Below, piece after piece: positions 29,159 through 38,380 of a stretch of 64,000 nt of DNA. Both the position numbers and the translations under genes were made by a program. This DNA is from an uncultured virus (IMG/VR IMGVR_UViG_3300035698_011514) (lineage: Duplodnaviria; Heunggongvirae; Uroviricota; Caudoviricetes), in the IMG/VR virus record IMGVR_UViG_3300035698_011514, one strand, 5' to 3'. Below the pieces are notes generated by a model that had not been told where the DNA came from, ran no database searches, and was given only the letters and a program-made list of their open reading frames with translations. The first letter of the stretch is position 1; every line of letters starts with the position of its first letter.

Positions 29159-30535
29159 TTATGATGCGGTCGGTTTAAGTGTCATGTGGGGTATAGGTGT
29201 CGCAGTGACATCTTTTGAAAAGGCTCGTGCGGATCCAATGTCTTCCAAAGGGGGTGGAGGGATCTTGTGGTCGCGCATGTAAGGCGCATTCTTTTCAGTG
29301 ACCATCTGAGGCTGACCTTGAAAATTACCCCCCGAAGACAGCACCGTGCCTCCCTCCAAATGAGAGCCAGACACACGCTTAGGGGCCTCCAGAGAAGGTG
29401 CAGAAGACTGCGTGGATAAGACTTGAATGATTTGAGGCTGATCTTCCACGCAGAGCATAGATAGGATATAGAGAAGTGCGTACTCATCCTCTAGTGTGTG
29501 AAATATCTTCAAAAGATCTTCAATTTTCTTACAAAGCCGCAGCACAGAAACAGCGCTATGATTCATTCTCTCATAGAGTGCATCAATCTCGGCAACATAA
29601 GACGTAGATAAACCATATGCCTTGAAACGATATGTTTCCAAGGCAGCCCATAACAACCCCTGTGCTATCTTTTGAACACTGACGGTGTTCATAGCTATGC
29701 GGGCTTTGTCATAAGCCATGCGTAGCGCCGCTTGATTGTCTTTAGCCTGATACGCGTCACCCAATATCTGAAAGTAGAGAGGGACAACATCCAACCCCAA
29801 GACTTCGCGAGAACTTTGTAGTGTGATCTCACCACACACTTGAGACACGCGCTCCAGAGAACGAACCATGTCCCGTATGTGTCCATGACCCTGCTCAATC
29901 AGCAGCTCAAGTGCAGCGGGCTCATACTTGATCCCCTGAGCTTCACAGATATACACAAGACGAGCTAGTATTTCTTGAGTAGTAGGATCTTGAATCTTAA
30001 AAGTGTACGACCGCGACCTAATCGCCATGCGGATCTTTTCCAGCTCCGTAGTGCATAGGAAGCACACCATGCGACGATCTTTGCTTCCCGCGACCACATC
30101 TTCCATCGGCTTGAGCAAAGCATCCTGTGCCTGCGTTGATAGCCTGTGCGCTTCGTCGAACAAGTATATCTTGCGCGTTTGGCCGCCGAAAGTTGTATAG
30201 GATAAAGACTCAATGATCTGACGGACGGTATCTGCACCCGAATTGTTCGCTGCGTCTAATTCTGTGAAAGACTCCGATTGAGATTGATCTAGGATCGCGC
30301 GGCAAGATTCACATGTGTTGCAGGGCTCTCTATCTTCAGTCAAATTAAGACACAAGATTGCTCTTGCAAAGATACGAGCGATCGTCGTCTTACCTGCACC
30401 AGAACGGCCCGCAAAAATATAGGAACTCTGACAAGACTCCCCCCGCTTTAACAGCTGCTTCAAGGTTTGAATCGTAGCCGCCTGCCCTACGACTTCCGAA
30501 AAAAGAATGGGACGGTATAATGTGTCAAAGCTCAT
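29159..30535 (-). CDS. dnaX: DNA polymerase III gamma/tau clamp-loader subunit
   Basis: YRP..F.EVVGQ, G.SGAGKTTIARIFA, PCNTCESC, ELDAA, DEAHRLS..AQDALLK..E. Confidence 0.95.
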   Translation of the reverse strand: MSFDTLYRPILFSEVVGQAATIQTLKQLLKRGESCQSSYIFAGRSGAGKTTIARIFARAILCLNLTEDREPCNTCESCRAILDQSQSESFTELDAANNSGADTVRQIIESLSYTTFGGQTRKIYLFDEAHRLSTQAQDALLKPMEDVVAGSKDRRMVCFLCTTELEKIRMAIRSRSYTFKIQDPTTQEILARLVYICEAQGIKYEPAALELLIEQGHGHIRDMVRSLERVSQVCGEITLQSSREVLGLDVVPLYFQILGDAYQAKDNQAALRMAYDKARIAMNTVSVQKIAQGLLWAALETYRFKAYGLSTSYVAEIDALYERMNHSAVSVLRLCKKIEDLLKIFHTLEDEYALLYILSMLCVEDQPQIIQVLSTQSSAPSLEAPKRVSGSHLEGGTVLSSGGNFQGQPQMVTEKNAPYMRDHKIPPPPLEDIGSARAFSKDVTATPIPHMTLKPTAS

Positions 30536-30572
30536 TTGGGCAGGTTCCTATTTCGTGTGTCAAGAAAACGAA

Positions 30573-30600
30573 ATATCCCCGAATCGAAATTGCGGGGATA
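30573..30600 (-). terminator. intrinsic terminator
   Basis: TATCCCCG..CGGGGATA stem followed by T-rich tract on the minus strand. Confidence 0.55.
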
Positions 30601-30620
30601 CCCTATTGGGGGAAACAGGT

Positions 30621-31079
30621 TCAGGTCAGGTCGATAACAGAGAGCTTATGAATGCCTTCATCCCAACCCGTGCCGTGGCGATTCAGAATCTCAGGAAACA
30701 CTGAGATCGAAGGGGGGCGAATCTTCGTCTTGATCGAGCCGTCTTTGTCGTCTTCCGCACAATAGCACTGAGCCATCAGGAAGTCGATCCACGCTTCGCG
30801 CGTAGCCACGGGGCTTTCCTGCCAAGCATCCCACCCCAGCTGGAACAAGAACACGGGATCCGCTTCGTTTTCGACATGAAGCATCGCCTGTGTCACAGGC
30901 GAGATCTTCGAGACCTTCCCCACGACGGGACGATCGTCCTCTTCACGCTTCGCCTTCTCCTTGAAGACGAAACGAATTGGGACCCCCACGAGGTAGGGGT
31001 AGTGCGGGAGGTACTTCATATACAAATCATCCGGGGAGTCAGGAAGCTTGGGATCCGAAAGCCAGTAAGACTGCGCCAT
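30621..31079 (-). CDS. phage metallopeptidase-like protein, apparently non-catalytic
   Basis: I.F.FKEKA.....VGKV.K...F.......W......REA.ID pattern, but FLMAQ in place of HExxH. Confidence 0.55.
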   Translation of the reverse strand: MAQSYWLSDPKLPDSPDDLYMKYLPHYPYLVGVPIRFVFKEKAKREEDDRPVVGKVSKISPVTQAMLHVENEADPVFLFQLGWDAWQESPVATREAWIDFLMAQCYCAEDDKDGSIKTKIRPPSISVFPEILNRHGTGWDEGIHKLSVIDLT

Positions 31080-31222
31080 TGTCAGAGCCTCATCGTGAGT
31101 AGTAGGACGATTGGTCCTTGTGGTTGTTCACACCTACCTAATCATGTTGATTAGGTGGATGTGTGTATCTATATTATGTTGTGGGCTACATGTCAAGAAT
31201 TAATATTTTAATATATTTGCTC

Positions 31223-31960
31223 CTATCCTAAAGATGAAAAGTCAAACATATTGAGGATAGATCCTAGATCGATCATGGGGGCGAAATGTTCACGAAACTT
31301 CCCATCCCCTTCGGTTTCCCTAAACTCCGCCAAATCTTTGTACGGGTAATCCCATAACGTAACGTTGACCTTGTGGTACTTCAAATAATCTTGGACCTTC
31401 TGAGCGCCTTTCTTCCCAACCACATCCATATCAAATAGCACTACCACTTCGGAACAGAAACGTTCCAAAAACTTGAGCTGGCTCTGCGAGATAGATGCAG
31501 TTGTGACGCATAGGCATCCGGGTACTATCTGCTCAAGGGCGAAGAAATCAAATATACCCTCTGTTAAGTACACCTTCTTGGAGCCATTGAGAACGGGGAG
31601 AATGTTTTGAAGCCCCATGAAATTGGGTAGAGCTTCCGATCCCGCTGCATATATCTTGTGAAACGTTTTCTTCTCCAAGCCACGCGTCTGAAGACCCCCA
31701 ACACGAAAGAGAGTATCATGAATAGGAAACACCAATTTATGTTCTAGTATCTTATTCCTATCCAGCCACTTTAGCAGGTAAGGAGACACCTTGCCTTGCA
31801 GTTCGTCACGCATGGGAGGGGCCGTCATGCCGATACTAAAACGCTCTATCTGATCGATAGTGACGCCACGATCTGTCAAGTAAGAGTGCAGGGGGCTTTG
31901 TTCTGATCGATGTGACAAACTAAGACTGTGGATCGTGGTGAGGTCTTTGTATGTGATCAT
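31223..31960 (-). CDS. dnaG: DnaG-type primase core (TOPRIM), no N-terminal Zn finger
   Basis: YL..RG......F.IG, LVFPI, VYLTEGIFD, LFDMD..GKKGA, KDLAE. Confidence 0.85.
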   Translation of the reverse strand: MITYKDLTTIHSLSLSHRSEQSPLHSYLTDRGVTIDQIERFSIGMTAPPMRDELQGKVSPYLLKWLDRNKILEHKLVFPIHDTLFRVGGLQTRGLEKKTFHKIYAAGSEALPNFMGLQNILPVLNGSKKVYLTEGIFDFFALEQIVPGCLCVTTASISQSQLKFLERFCSEVVVLFDMDVVGKKGAQKVQDYLKYHKVNVTLWDYPYKDLAEFRETEGDGKFREHFAPMIDLGSILNMFDFSSLG

Positions 31961-31965
31961 AGTGT

Positions 31966-32658
31966 CTACACGATTTTATAAATCGCCATGCTCCGAGTGA
32001 TGTTGTGCATGAGAAGCGCCACATAGTCTCCTACCCGTGTCATACCACCAACACATTCAGATGGGGCATTGAGAATACAAAAATCGGACAAAGATTCGGG
32101 AAGCAAGAATACGGGCTTGTCGTCGTAGAACCCTAATTCATCGCTCTTGTACAACAGATCTTTAAGGAAAGGACATCGCTTTTCATCCTTGGGCGCGCGC
32201 ATGTGAGAGCGCATCTTCTTGTATGCCTTGCGACCCATAAAGAGGGTCGAGCATGGTAACTCGTAGGCCGCCAAGAGAAGGATTGCTGCGTCCAAGTGAC
32301 TTATTTCGATATCGGAAATTTCAGCATAGTTTCCCCAATCTTCTGCTTTTGAAGATTCCGCCAAGAACAAGATGAGGCGTGTAAAAAGATCATCTTCCTC
32401 ATGACGTGTGCAAGGGACGCAGGCTGTGCGGATTTCGGAGCGCCCTTTATTGGGTATCAGCAAGAGGCGACCACTAGGAGTAGTCACGAGAAAATTGGGA
32501 ACAGCTACTGCATCAATCACAGGACAAAACACTTGTAGTAGCAAGGGCGTGTCCAAACCTACTTTACCCAATCGGGGGGGGTATCTGTCAACGAGTAATA
32601 GAGTATTGATCAGAGAAAACCTTAGATCCCCAATTTTAACTTCACCTTCTGCCACCAT
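31966..32658 (-). CDS. hypothetical protein resembling the C-terminal half of the major capsid protein
   Basis: By-eye alignment with 9500..10375 (see findings). Confidence 0.55.
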   Translation of the reverse strand: MVAEGEVKIGDLRFSLINTLLLVDRYPPRLGKVGLDTPLLLQVFCPVIDAVAVPNFLVTTPSGRLLLIPNKGRSEIRTACVPCTRHEEDDLFTRLILFLAESSKAEDWGNYAEISDIEISHLDAAILLLAAYELPCSTLFMGRKAYKKMRSHMRAPKDEKRCPFLKDLLYKSDELGFYDDKPVFLLPESLSDFCILNAPSECVGGMTRVGDYVALLMHNITRSMAIYKIV

Positions 32659-33074
32659 GACAGATCCTCCGCATAGGGATGAGGATCGGGTTCCCCATCA
32701 AGGTCTTTCCATTTCGAGTCTGAAGTCAATACCCACAAAAGCGCCGCTATATCGGGATGCGCATTCTTGATGTAAGCGTTATCGGAGAGCTTCGCATTTT
32801 CATCTTCAATGACTTCTTGCTTTTCATATTTACAAGAGAAGACTTTGCACGCTTGGGCAGTCTCATCTCGATCACAGATGTCACCCGGCCAATTCTCTAT
32901 ATCTTCCGATCCATACATGCAAAGACGGATCGTGTCTTCCGTATTAGGGATTTGATGCGTGTGATTATGGGAGCAATTGTCAGGGGAGCGGCGTAATTTC
33001 TTACGCAAAGAAATACGAATCAATTCGAGTTGCCTATCTCGAATCCTACGCTCGATGTCTTTCGAGGTTAGCAT
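32622..33074 (-). CDS. Cys/His-rich hypothetical protein
   Basis: NC.HNH.H...C....C......C..F; start follows the upstream stop. Confidence 0.6.
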   Translation of the reverse strand: MLTSKDIERRIRDRQLELIRISLRKKLRRSPDNCSHNHTHQIPNTEDTIRLCMYGSEDIENWPGDICDRDETAQACKVFSCKYEKQEVIEDENAKLSDNAYIKNAHPDIAALLWVLTSDSKWKDLDGEPDPHPYAEDLSWWQKVKLKLGI

Positions 33075-33077
33075 TTA

Positions 33078-33692
33078 TCATCTCACTTCGATTGTTGTAG
33101 AACCGTTTTGAGGAACAGCTACATAGATATGATCGGCGTAGTCTTGATAGGCTTTATTATGTGTGATCAACAAAAGATTGACCTCAAAACGCCGACAAAG
33201 CTCACGGAGGAATACAGCCGCAACGGGAACATACTCTTCTGAAAGAGCCGCCAAAGATTCGTCGAGAAATAGATAGGGTGCCAGCCCTTGACGCTTCAGA
33301 ACCATCAGCCGCAGGATTAGGGATTGAATCGCCGCCACGCCCCCTCCAAAGGCTTTCAAGGGATCCCCTTCATGACCGTCTTCCATCGTAACGAACTTGA
33401 CCGCTACCTTGCCCCTCTTTTCTTCAACCTCTACGCGGAAAGACAAATTCTGATCATGAAAGATCGTCATGAGCCCTTGTGAGATCACACTACTGAAGCG
33501 GTCCGCGTGTTCATATATCTCTTTCTTTAGGAGAAACTTGAATAGAGTCGTGACCTGTTCCAGAATCAACTCATCTTTGTGCAGGCGATCCAGCTCGCCG
33601 CTATACCTTAACACGTCGCGATCAGCATAATCGCGATCCATATCGTAGCGCAACACGAAATCTTGAAGACACGAAATGCGATCATCCAACAC
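33078..33692 (-). CDS. SbcC/Rad50 ABC-ATPase, C-terminal half
   Basis: Signature-like FGGG, Walker B LFLDESLAALS, H-loop LLITHN; no Walker A. Confidence 0.85.
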   Translation of the reverse strand: MLDDRISCLQDFVLRYDMDRDYADRDVLRYSGELDRLHKDELILEQVTTLFKFLLKKEIYEHADRFSSVISQGLMTIFHDQNLSFRVEVEEKRGKVAVKFVTMEDGHEGDPLKAFGGGVAAIQSLILRLMVLKRQGLAPYLFLDESLAALSEEYVPVAAVFLRELCRRFEVNLLLITHNKAYQDYADHIYVAVPQNGSTTIEVR

Positions 33693-33730
33693 ACACCTCT
33701 GCTCGAAATTTGAGCGGGCTTCTACAACAA

Positions 33731-33768
33731 AACAAGCGGGTAGGGTTGGAACCTTACCCGCTTGTTTC
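33731..33768 (-). terminator. intrinsic terminator
   Basis: AAACAAGCGGGTAGGGTT-GG-AACCTTACCCGCTTGTTT. Confidence 0.7.
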
Positions 33769-33784
33769 TGAAATGCCCTACGGA

Positions 33785-34972
33785 TCAGGTAGAGTAGGAA
33801 CAGAAGATAAACTTCTGCAAGCCGTTCGCATCAAGCATTGAGATTCGAGCAAACTTTGGGCTGACCACAAAGTTAATGGGAGCGCTTTGGGTTCCCATGA
33901 CTGCCAAAACTTTTAACACCTGATCTACCCTTAACGTGAGCCGCATGGGGAAAGTCACACGATCACTTTGAATGGCGACCATTCCCATGCGAAGATAAGC
34001 AGAATTGACATTCTTCGCAGAAGTCCCTTCGCGCTGCAAGATCATATCAACCATCACAGGCTCATCCCCTTCCACCACCAGAGTAGAGGGCTCGGGGATC
34101 TCCAGAACGATTGTCTTGGAGGTGACGGATGCTGATGCCGACACCGATTTATACGCCTTGGCGAAATCCTGCATGTTCAGCAAAAACAGAACGGGCTGAT
34201 TCACGTCACTGAAATTGAGCTGAGTTCGGAAATCTGTCACATGATCATAGGCGGGTTCTGAGAAACCAAACACAGATCCTTCCTTGGTCGAGAACAAGAC
34301 AGATGCGCGGTCTCGGCACATAGTGATCTTCTGACCCTTCGCTTTCTTCAGGAAGGCAAGGAGTGAAGGGACTTCCTGCAAACCGACTTTCAGATCAAGC
34401 AAGACACCTTCGCCCAGATCCGCGCCAGCTACATAACAGGCTGCGCCACCATCTGTCGCGATAGCTGATGCATCGCGGAAGCGGACCAAGCGCATGTTTT
34501 CCTTGATCTTGCCATCACCACTCGCATCTGGAAGGCCGTGGCGGGCATAATCCAAGCATTCAAAGAGTGCAGTGGCATCTACCTCTACGGCGCCCACCCC
34601 TTCGGTCGAAAGAATTTGAGGGAAAGAATCAGGCCGCATCGTCCTGAAGTACGACACAGATCGCCCACATGTAGCGACGATGGAATCTGGAGTCACTTCC
34701 AGCGCCACTTCATCACCCTCCAGCGTAGACAGCCACTTCGTAAGAGGTTCGGATTCGACCGTGAAGGCGCGTGGGTTTTCTGACAGACTGGTGTAGTAAA
34801 GAACAGAAGACGTAGATGTCATCTGATTTGTAGACTTGACCAGCATACGAGCGCCATCAGGCTCAATGAGCAAGTGGGAGAAAATAGACGATGCATCCTT
34901 GATAGTCGTCAAGGCCGCCAAAGACACAACACTTGTCAGGGCTTCGAGCGTCACAGTCACTTTCATCTTCAC
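33785..34972 (-). CDS. dnaN: DNA polymerase III beta sliding clamp (divergent)
   Basis: 395 aa; IFSHLLI...STN, PDSFP, AIATDG; clamp-loader genes nearby. Confidence 0.75.
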   Translation of the reverse strand: MKMKVTVTLEALTSVVSLAALTTIKDASSIFSHLLIEPDGARMLVKSTNQMTSTSSVLYYTSLSENPRAFTVESEPLTKWLSTLEGDEVALEVTPDSIVATCGRSVSYFRTMRPDSFPQILSTEGVGAVEVDATALFECLDYARHGLPDASGDGKIKENMRLVRFRDASAIATDGGAACYVAGADLGEGVLLDLKVGLQEVPSLLAFLKKAKGQKITMCRDRASVLFSTKEGSVFGFSEPAYDHVTDFRTQLNFSDVNQPVLFLLNMQDFAKAYKSVSASASVTSKTIVLEIPEPSTLVVEGDEPVMVDMILQREGTSAKNVNSAYLRMGMVAIQSDRVTFPMRLTLRVDQVLKVLAVMGTQSAPINFVVSPKFARISMLDANGLQKFIFCSYST

Positions 34973-35241
34973 ACCTCTGCGTTATATTTGGATTCAATTT
35001 CCTTGAGGATGCCTTCTGCATTCTCAAGGTCAACCATAAACTGGGTCATGTCTTCTTGGTATTGCTTCTCTTGTGCATCCGCGTAAGCGGGCAAGTCGTT
35101 AAGCTCTACATTATACTCTGTTGCCACAGTCTCTTTCAGGTTCTTTAGCTGTTCCTGATAAGACCTAAGCTCCGCCACTTTTGTAGCTTTTCCATCTTTC
35201 AGAGCCTCCAGTCTACGTCGAAGCACTTCGTGGTCACTCAT
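34969..35241 (-). CDS. small coiled-coil protein
   Basis: GAGGA RBS; heptad pattern. Confidence 0.65.
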   Translation of the reverse strand: MSDHEVLRRRLEALKDGKATKVAELRSYQEQLKNLKETVATEYNVELNDLPAYADAQEKQYQEDMTQFMVDLENAEGILKEIESKYNAEV

Positions 35242-35313
35242 GTGTCATATCCTCGCATGTGGGTTCGTGCAAACCGCAGCTCTCCGTTTAATGTTGAAGA
35301 GCTAGATTGTCAA

Positions 35314-36183
35314 TCAGAAACCAAAAGTCCCGTCATCCGCAGCGGGGGGGAAGGCAATTGGCTCGGGCTTCTTGCGCTTATCGGAGTTTGCTTTCTTCTG
35401 AGCTTGGCGCTCTTCGCAGGAAAGAGCCCAGTTGCAATACTGACAGTTTGGCGGCGTGGGGATGGGTTGCCATTCCTCACGGCGCATACTCGCAAGCGCG
35501 GCGTGAATTCGATCTTTCATCGCGTGTACGCGCGCGTGATCCACGTCAATCCAACCCATTGTCAATTCGGGTTGATCCGCGAAATAGTAGTAGAGGAACC
35601 CAAGTCTGTCAGGCATCCTCTCCCATCTCATGTAGAAGAGAAGAGCATAGAAGTAGAGCTGATCAGGGTCCACATTCTTTTCGCGCTTCGCAGTCGCTTT
35701 CCCATCTATGATCCAAACTTTATCATCCGCCGTTCTGATAATAAAGTCGATATAACCATGAACGATGTCGCTACCAAGATACATTTCATATCCTATCTCG
35801 GACTTAGCATAGGGACCAAGCATCTTCTCCCGCTTGATCGTCTGCACAGTTGCCGGGATAATCCTATACAGCTCATCAATGATCGTCGCTTTCGTGAATC
35901 GACAAGACGGATCTTTCCAATTCACATAGTTTTTGGAGAGGTAATCTTCAAGGTGAAGGAGAGATAAGTCCTTCAAATACTCCGATGTTTCCTTGCCTAA
36001 CAGATACAGTTCTTTGTTGTAAAAGTCCTCAAAAGTAGCCTGCACCACCGTTCCCAAGATCGCGTGGTGACGTGATTCCTCTTGTAACACGGGGCGGCGT
36101 TCGATGCGCTGCCAACTATACTGTCTAGGGCATTTCTCATATTGTCTAAGAGAGCTATAAGAGATCTTTATGGGCTTTGCCAT
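35314..36183 (-). CDS. PD-(D/E)XK nuclease (RecB/AddB/Cas4-like exonuclease with Cys cluster)
   Basis: SYSSL..Y..CP, G.ID, IIDGK, QLYFYA, C..C.....C. Confidence 0.85.
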   Translation of the reverse strand: MAKPIKISYSSLRQYEKCPRQYSWQRIERRPVLQEESRHHAILGTVVQATFEDFYNKELYLLGKETSEYLKDLSLLHLEDYLSKNYVNWKDPSCRFTKATIIDELYRIIPATVQTIKREKMLGPYAKSEIGYEMYLGSDIVHGYIDFIIRTADDKVWIIDGKATAKREKNVDPDQLYFYALLFYMRWERMPDRLGFLYYYFADQPELTMGWIDVDHARVHAMKDRIHAALASMRREEWQPIPTPPNCQYCNWALSCEERQAQKKANSDKRKKPEPIAFPPAADDGTFGF

Positions 36184-36184
36184 G

Positions 36185-37165
36185 TTACACCTTCTTTGTA
36201 GTTTCCAGATACTCCAGAGCCTTGTTTCTCACCGCTTCCGATATATCCGCTGCTTGATGAATCCATTTTCTCAGATCCGGGATGTCAGAATTTGCTTGAC
36301 AAGCTGACACGAGATCATCCAAATATTGCTCCATATGTACATCTTCCACCTTAGCTCTTGACCTCTCTTTCAAATCAAAGATCACAGAGGCGTCAGCTAC
36401 CTTCAATTCGTGTGCCTTAGACTCCCATGTAACCTTCCCCTGAGCATCTTTATAAATGCACAAGGTTCCTACACGCGGAATTCGATTTATCTCCTCGTGA
36501 GTGAGCGATCCGCGCATCATGGAACCTAGATTGAAAAAAGTCTTTCCATTCAAGACGCGAATACCTTGATCCCTATGCCAGTGACCAAAGATCATAATAT
36601 CGGGCGTCTTGGTGGCGAGATCTTCATACGACAACGCAATCTCACGACCGAAGGCTTCTCCCCCCTTCGGTGAAGCGAAAGTGTGCGCCGCGACGATCAA
36701 GATGTCTTCATCTCCTCGGGGGATATCAAAGTCTTCCGCCGTGAAAAGCACTTTGTAGGGCAGTCCTATCACGCGAACCTTGAGGTCACCTTCAAGGAAG
36801 ATCACGTCACCCATGATTTGAAAGATACCAGCCTTGAACAAAACCCCTAAAGGCTGTTGATCCAAAGTATCCATGTTCGCATAAGGGAAGTCGTGATTTC
36901 CAGGATTCTCATACACGGGGCATGGGTATTCTTGGTGTACCTCGATCACTTCCTGAATCAAAGAATGCGAATTCTTAGTTGGAGACTTGTGGTGAAAAAA
37001 GTCTCCATTATCCAGTACAGCCCGCGCATTGACAGAACGCGCTATTTCGCCAATCTGACGCAGCTTGTCCATGCACGCGGCGCGGTAATTGTCCATGCGA
37101 GATCGTGGGGCGTGATCCGCCACATGCGCATCCGTACGGATAGCAAACGATAGGGTGTGGGTCAT
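36185..37165 (-). CDS. sbcD: SbcD/Mre11-like metallophosphoesterase nuclease
   Basis: TDAH, GDFFH, GNHD, AHT, GHWH, N.GS..R. Confidence 0.85.
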   Translation of the reverse strand: MTHTLSFAIRTDAHVADHAPRSRMDNYRAACMDKLRQIGEIARSVNARAVLDNGDFFHHKSPTKNSHSLIQEVIEVHQEYPCPVYENPGNHDFPYANMDTLDQQPLGVLFKAGIFQIMGDVIFLEGDLKVRVIGLPYKVLFTAEDFDIPRGDEDILIVAAHTFASPKGGEAFGREIALSYEDLATKTPDIMIFGHWHRDQGIRVLNGKTFFNLGSMMRGSLTHEEINRIPRVGTLCIYKDAQGKVTWESKAHELKVADASVIFDLKERSRAKVEDVHMEQYLDDLVSACQANSDIPDLRKWIHQAADISEAVRNKALEYLETTKKV

Positions 37166-37170
37166 AGTGA

Positions 37171-38292
37171 TCAGGTCTTTTGTGTGTTCTGTCCGCATAC
37201 AGGACAATTTCCTGTATCTTCCACCATAGCATGATAGGCTTCTTCTTGCCTAGCTATATCGTCCTCAAGCAACACCAGATCCGATTTAAATTCCCGAATC
37301 TTGGCTACCAATCGTTTTAAGTTTAACTGAGCTGCATGTACCTTGTCCCGCGTTGTCGATTCCGGCATGTGAGGAATCGCCAACTTCTTTACAAGAGGGA
37401 CGCAAAGTAAATGATGCTGGAGGCTCAGATAAAGCCGCAAGTCACGCAGGACCTTTAGGGGCTGAGAAGGGAGCGTTGGGGTAGTGATAGGCTGATAAGC
37501 GTTTATCCTCTTGCCTAATGTCTCACCTAATCGGATACGTTGGCGCGTGACTTCGTGGTGAAGAAGAGGAAGCGTGGGGATGTTTATGTCACAAGCCCTC
37601 GTACAAACACGGACGTGCGTTGTGAGACTCTTGTACCTACCCGCGCTCGCGCGCAAGCCTGAGGTGCGTGTGCGCGCGCGTGAGAGGGCTTGTGACCTCG
37701 ATACAACCTGCCGCAAGGTGTCCATAGAGGGGGCTTGTTCCAAAAGATCAATCTTGCGCTGTGTGGCAATCTTGAGGTCTTTTTCACGCACCTTGATCTC
37801 AGAGCGCATTTGACGGCGATCTTTCTCTACGGCCTCTTGAGCATTTTGAATCTCGTAGATCCTATCCACATCGGATATCGCCTGTGCGGCATCCGCGCCA
37901 GAACAATCAAGCAAAAAGAGAGGGTGGAATTGATCAGAAATCTGAATACGAAGACTGTTTCTATTCAGCTCAAGATCTCTAAAACCTTTTTTCTTGATCA
38001 CGTCAGGTACGTCACGACCCACGTTTTCATAAGACACTCCATCAACTATATAGTCGTTATGACCACCACCTTTGCGCCAGAGAATATCGAATTCAGGACT
38101 TTGAAGCTGAACTTGAAGGGTCTGGGTCCCTTCGCGCACATAGGCATCCACGGGGGAATTGAACAAAGCGCCTTCAATTGCGCGAATGGTCGCGGATTTG
38201 CCGAGATTTGATCGGCCAATCAGCACCGTAAAACCTTGTACTGTGAAGGACACGTCTTCAAGAGACTGGAAGTTTTTGATTTGTACTTTCAT
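37171..38292 (-). CDS. SbcC/Rad50 ABC-ATPase, N-terminal half ending at the zinc hook
   Basis: IKNFQS, Walker A GRSNLGKS, Q-loop DQF, terminal CPVCGQ. Confidence 0.85.
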   Translation of the reverse strand: MKVQIKNFQSLEDVSFTVQGFTVLIGRSNLGKSATIRAIEGALFNSPVDAYVREGTQTLQVQLQSPEFDILWRKGGGHNDYIVDGVSYENVGRDVPDVIKKKGFRDLELNRNSLRIQISDQFHPLFLLDCSGADAAQAISDVDRIYEIQNAQEAVEKDRRQMRSEIKVREKDLKIATQRKIDLLEQAPSMDTLRQVVSRSQALSRARTRTSGLRASAGRYKSLTTHVRVCTRACDINIPTLPLLHHEVTRQRIRLGETLGKRINAYQPITTPTLPSQPLKVLRDLRLYLSLQHHLLCVPLVKKLAIPHMPESTTRDKVHAAQLNLKRLVAKIREFKSDLVLLEDDIARQEEAYHAMVEDTGNCPVCGQNTQKT

Positions 38293-38380
38293 GTGTATTT
38301 CATTGTAGAGAGCCTTGAATAGAATAAGGGGGAGAAACATGGTCCCTCCCCCTTATTCTGCTCAGAAACAGAAGGAGCCC

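Noticed and set aside
35314..36183. Cas4 as evidence of a CRISPR-Cas system
   Set aside because: Stand-alone PD-(D/E)XK nuclease in a recombination cluster; no cas1/cas2 or array.
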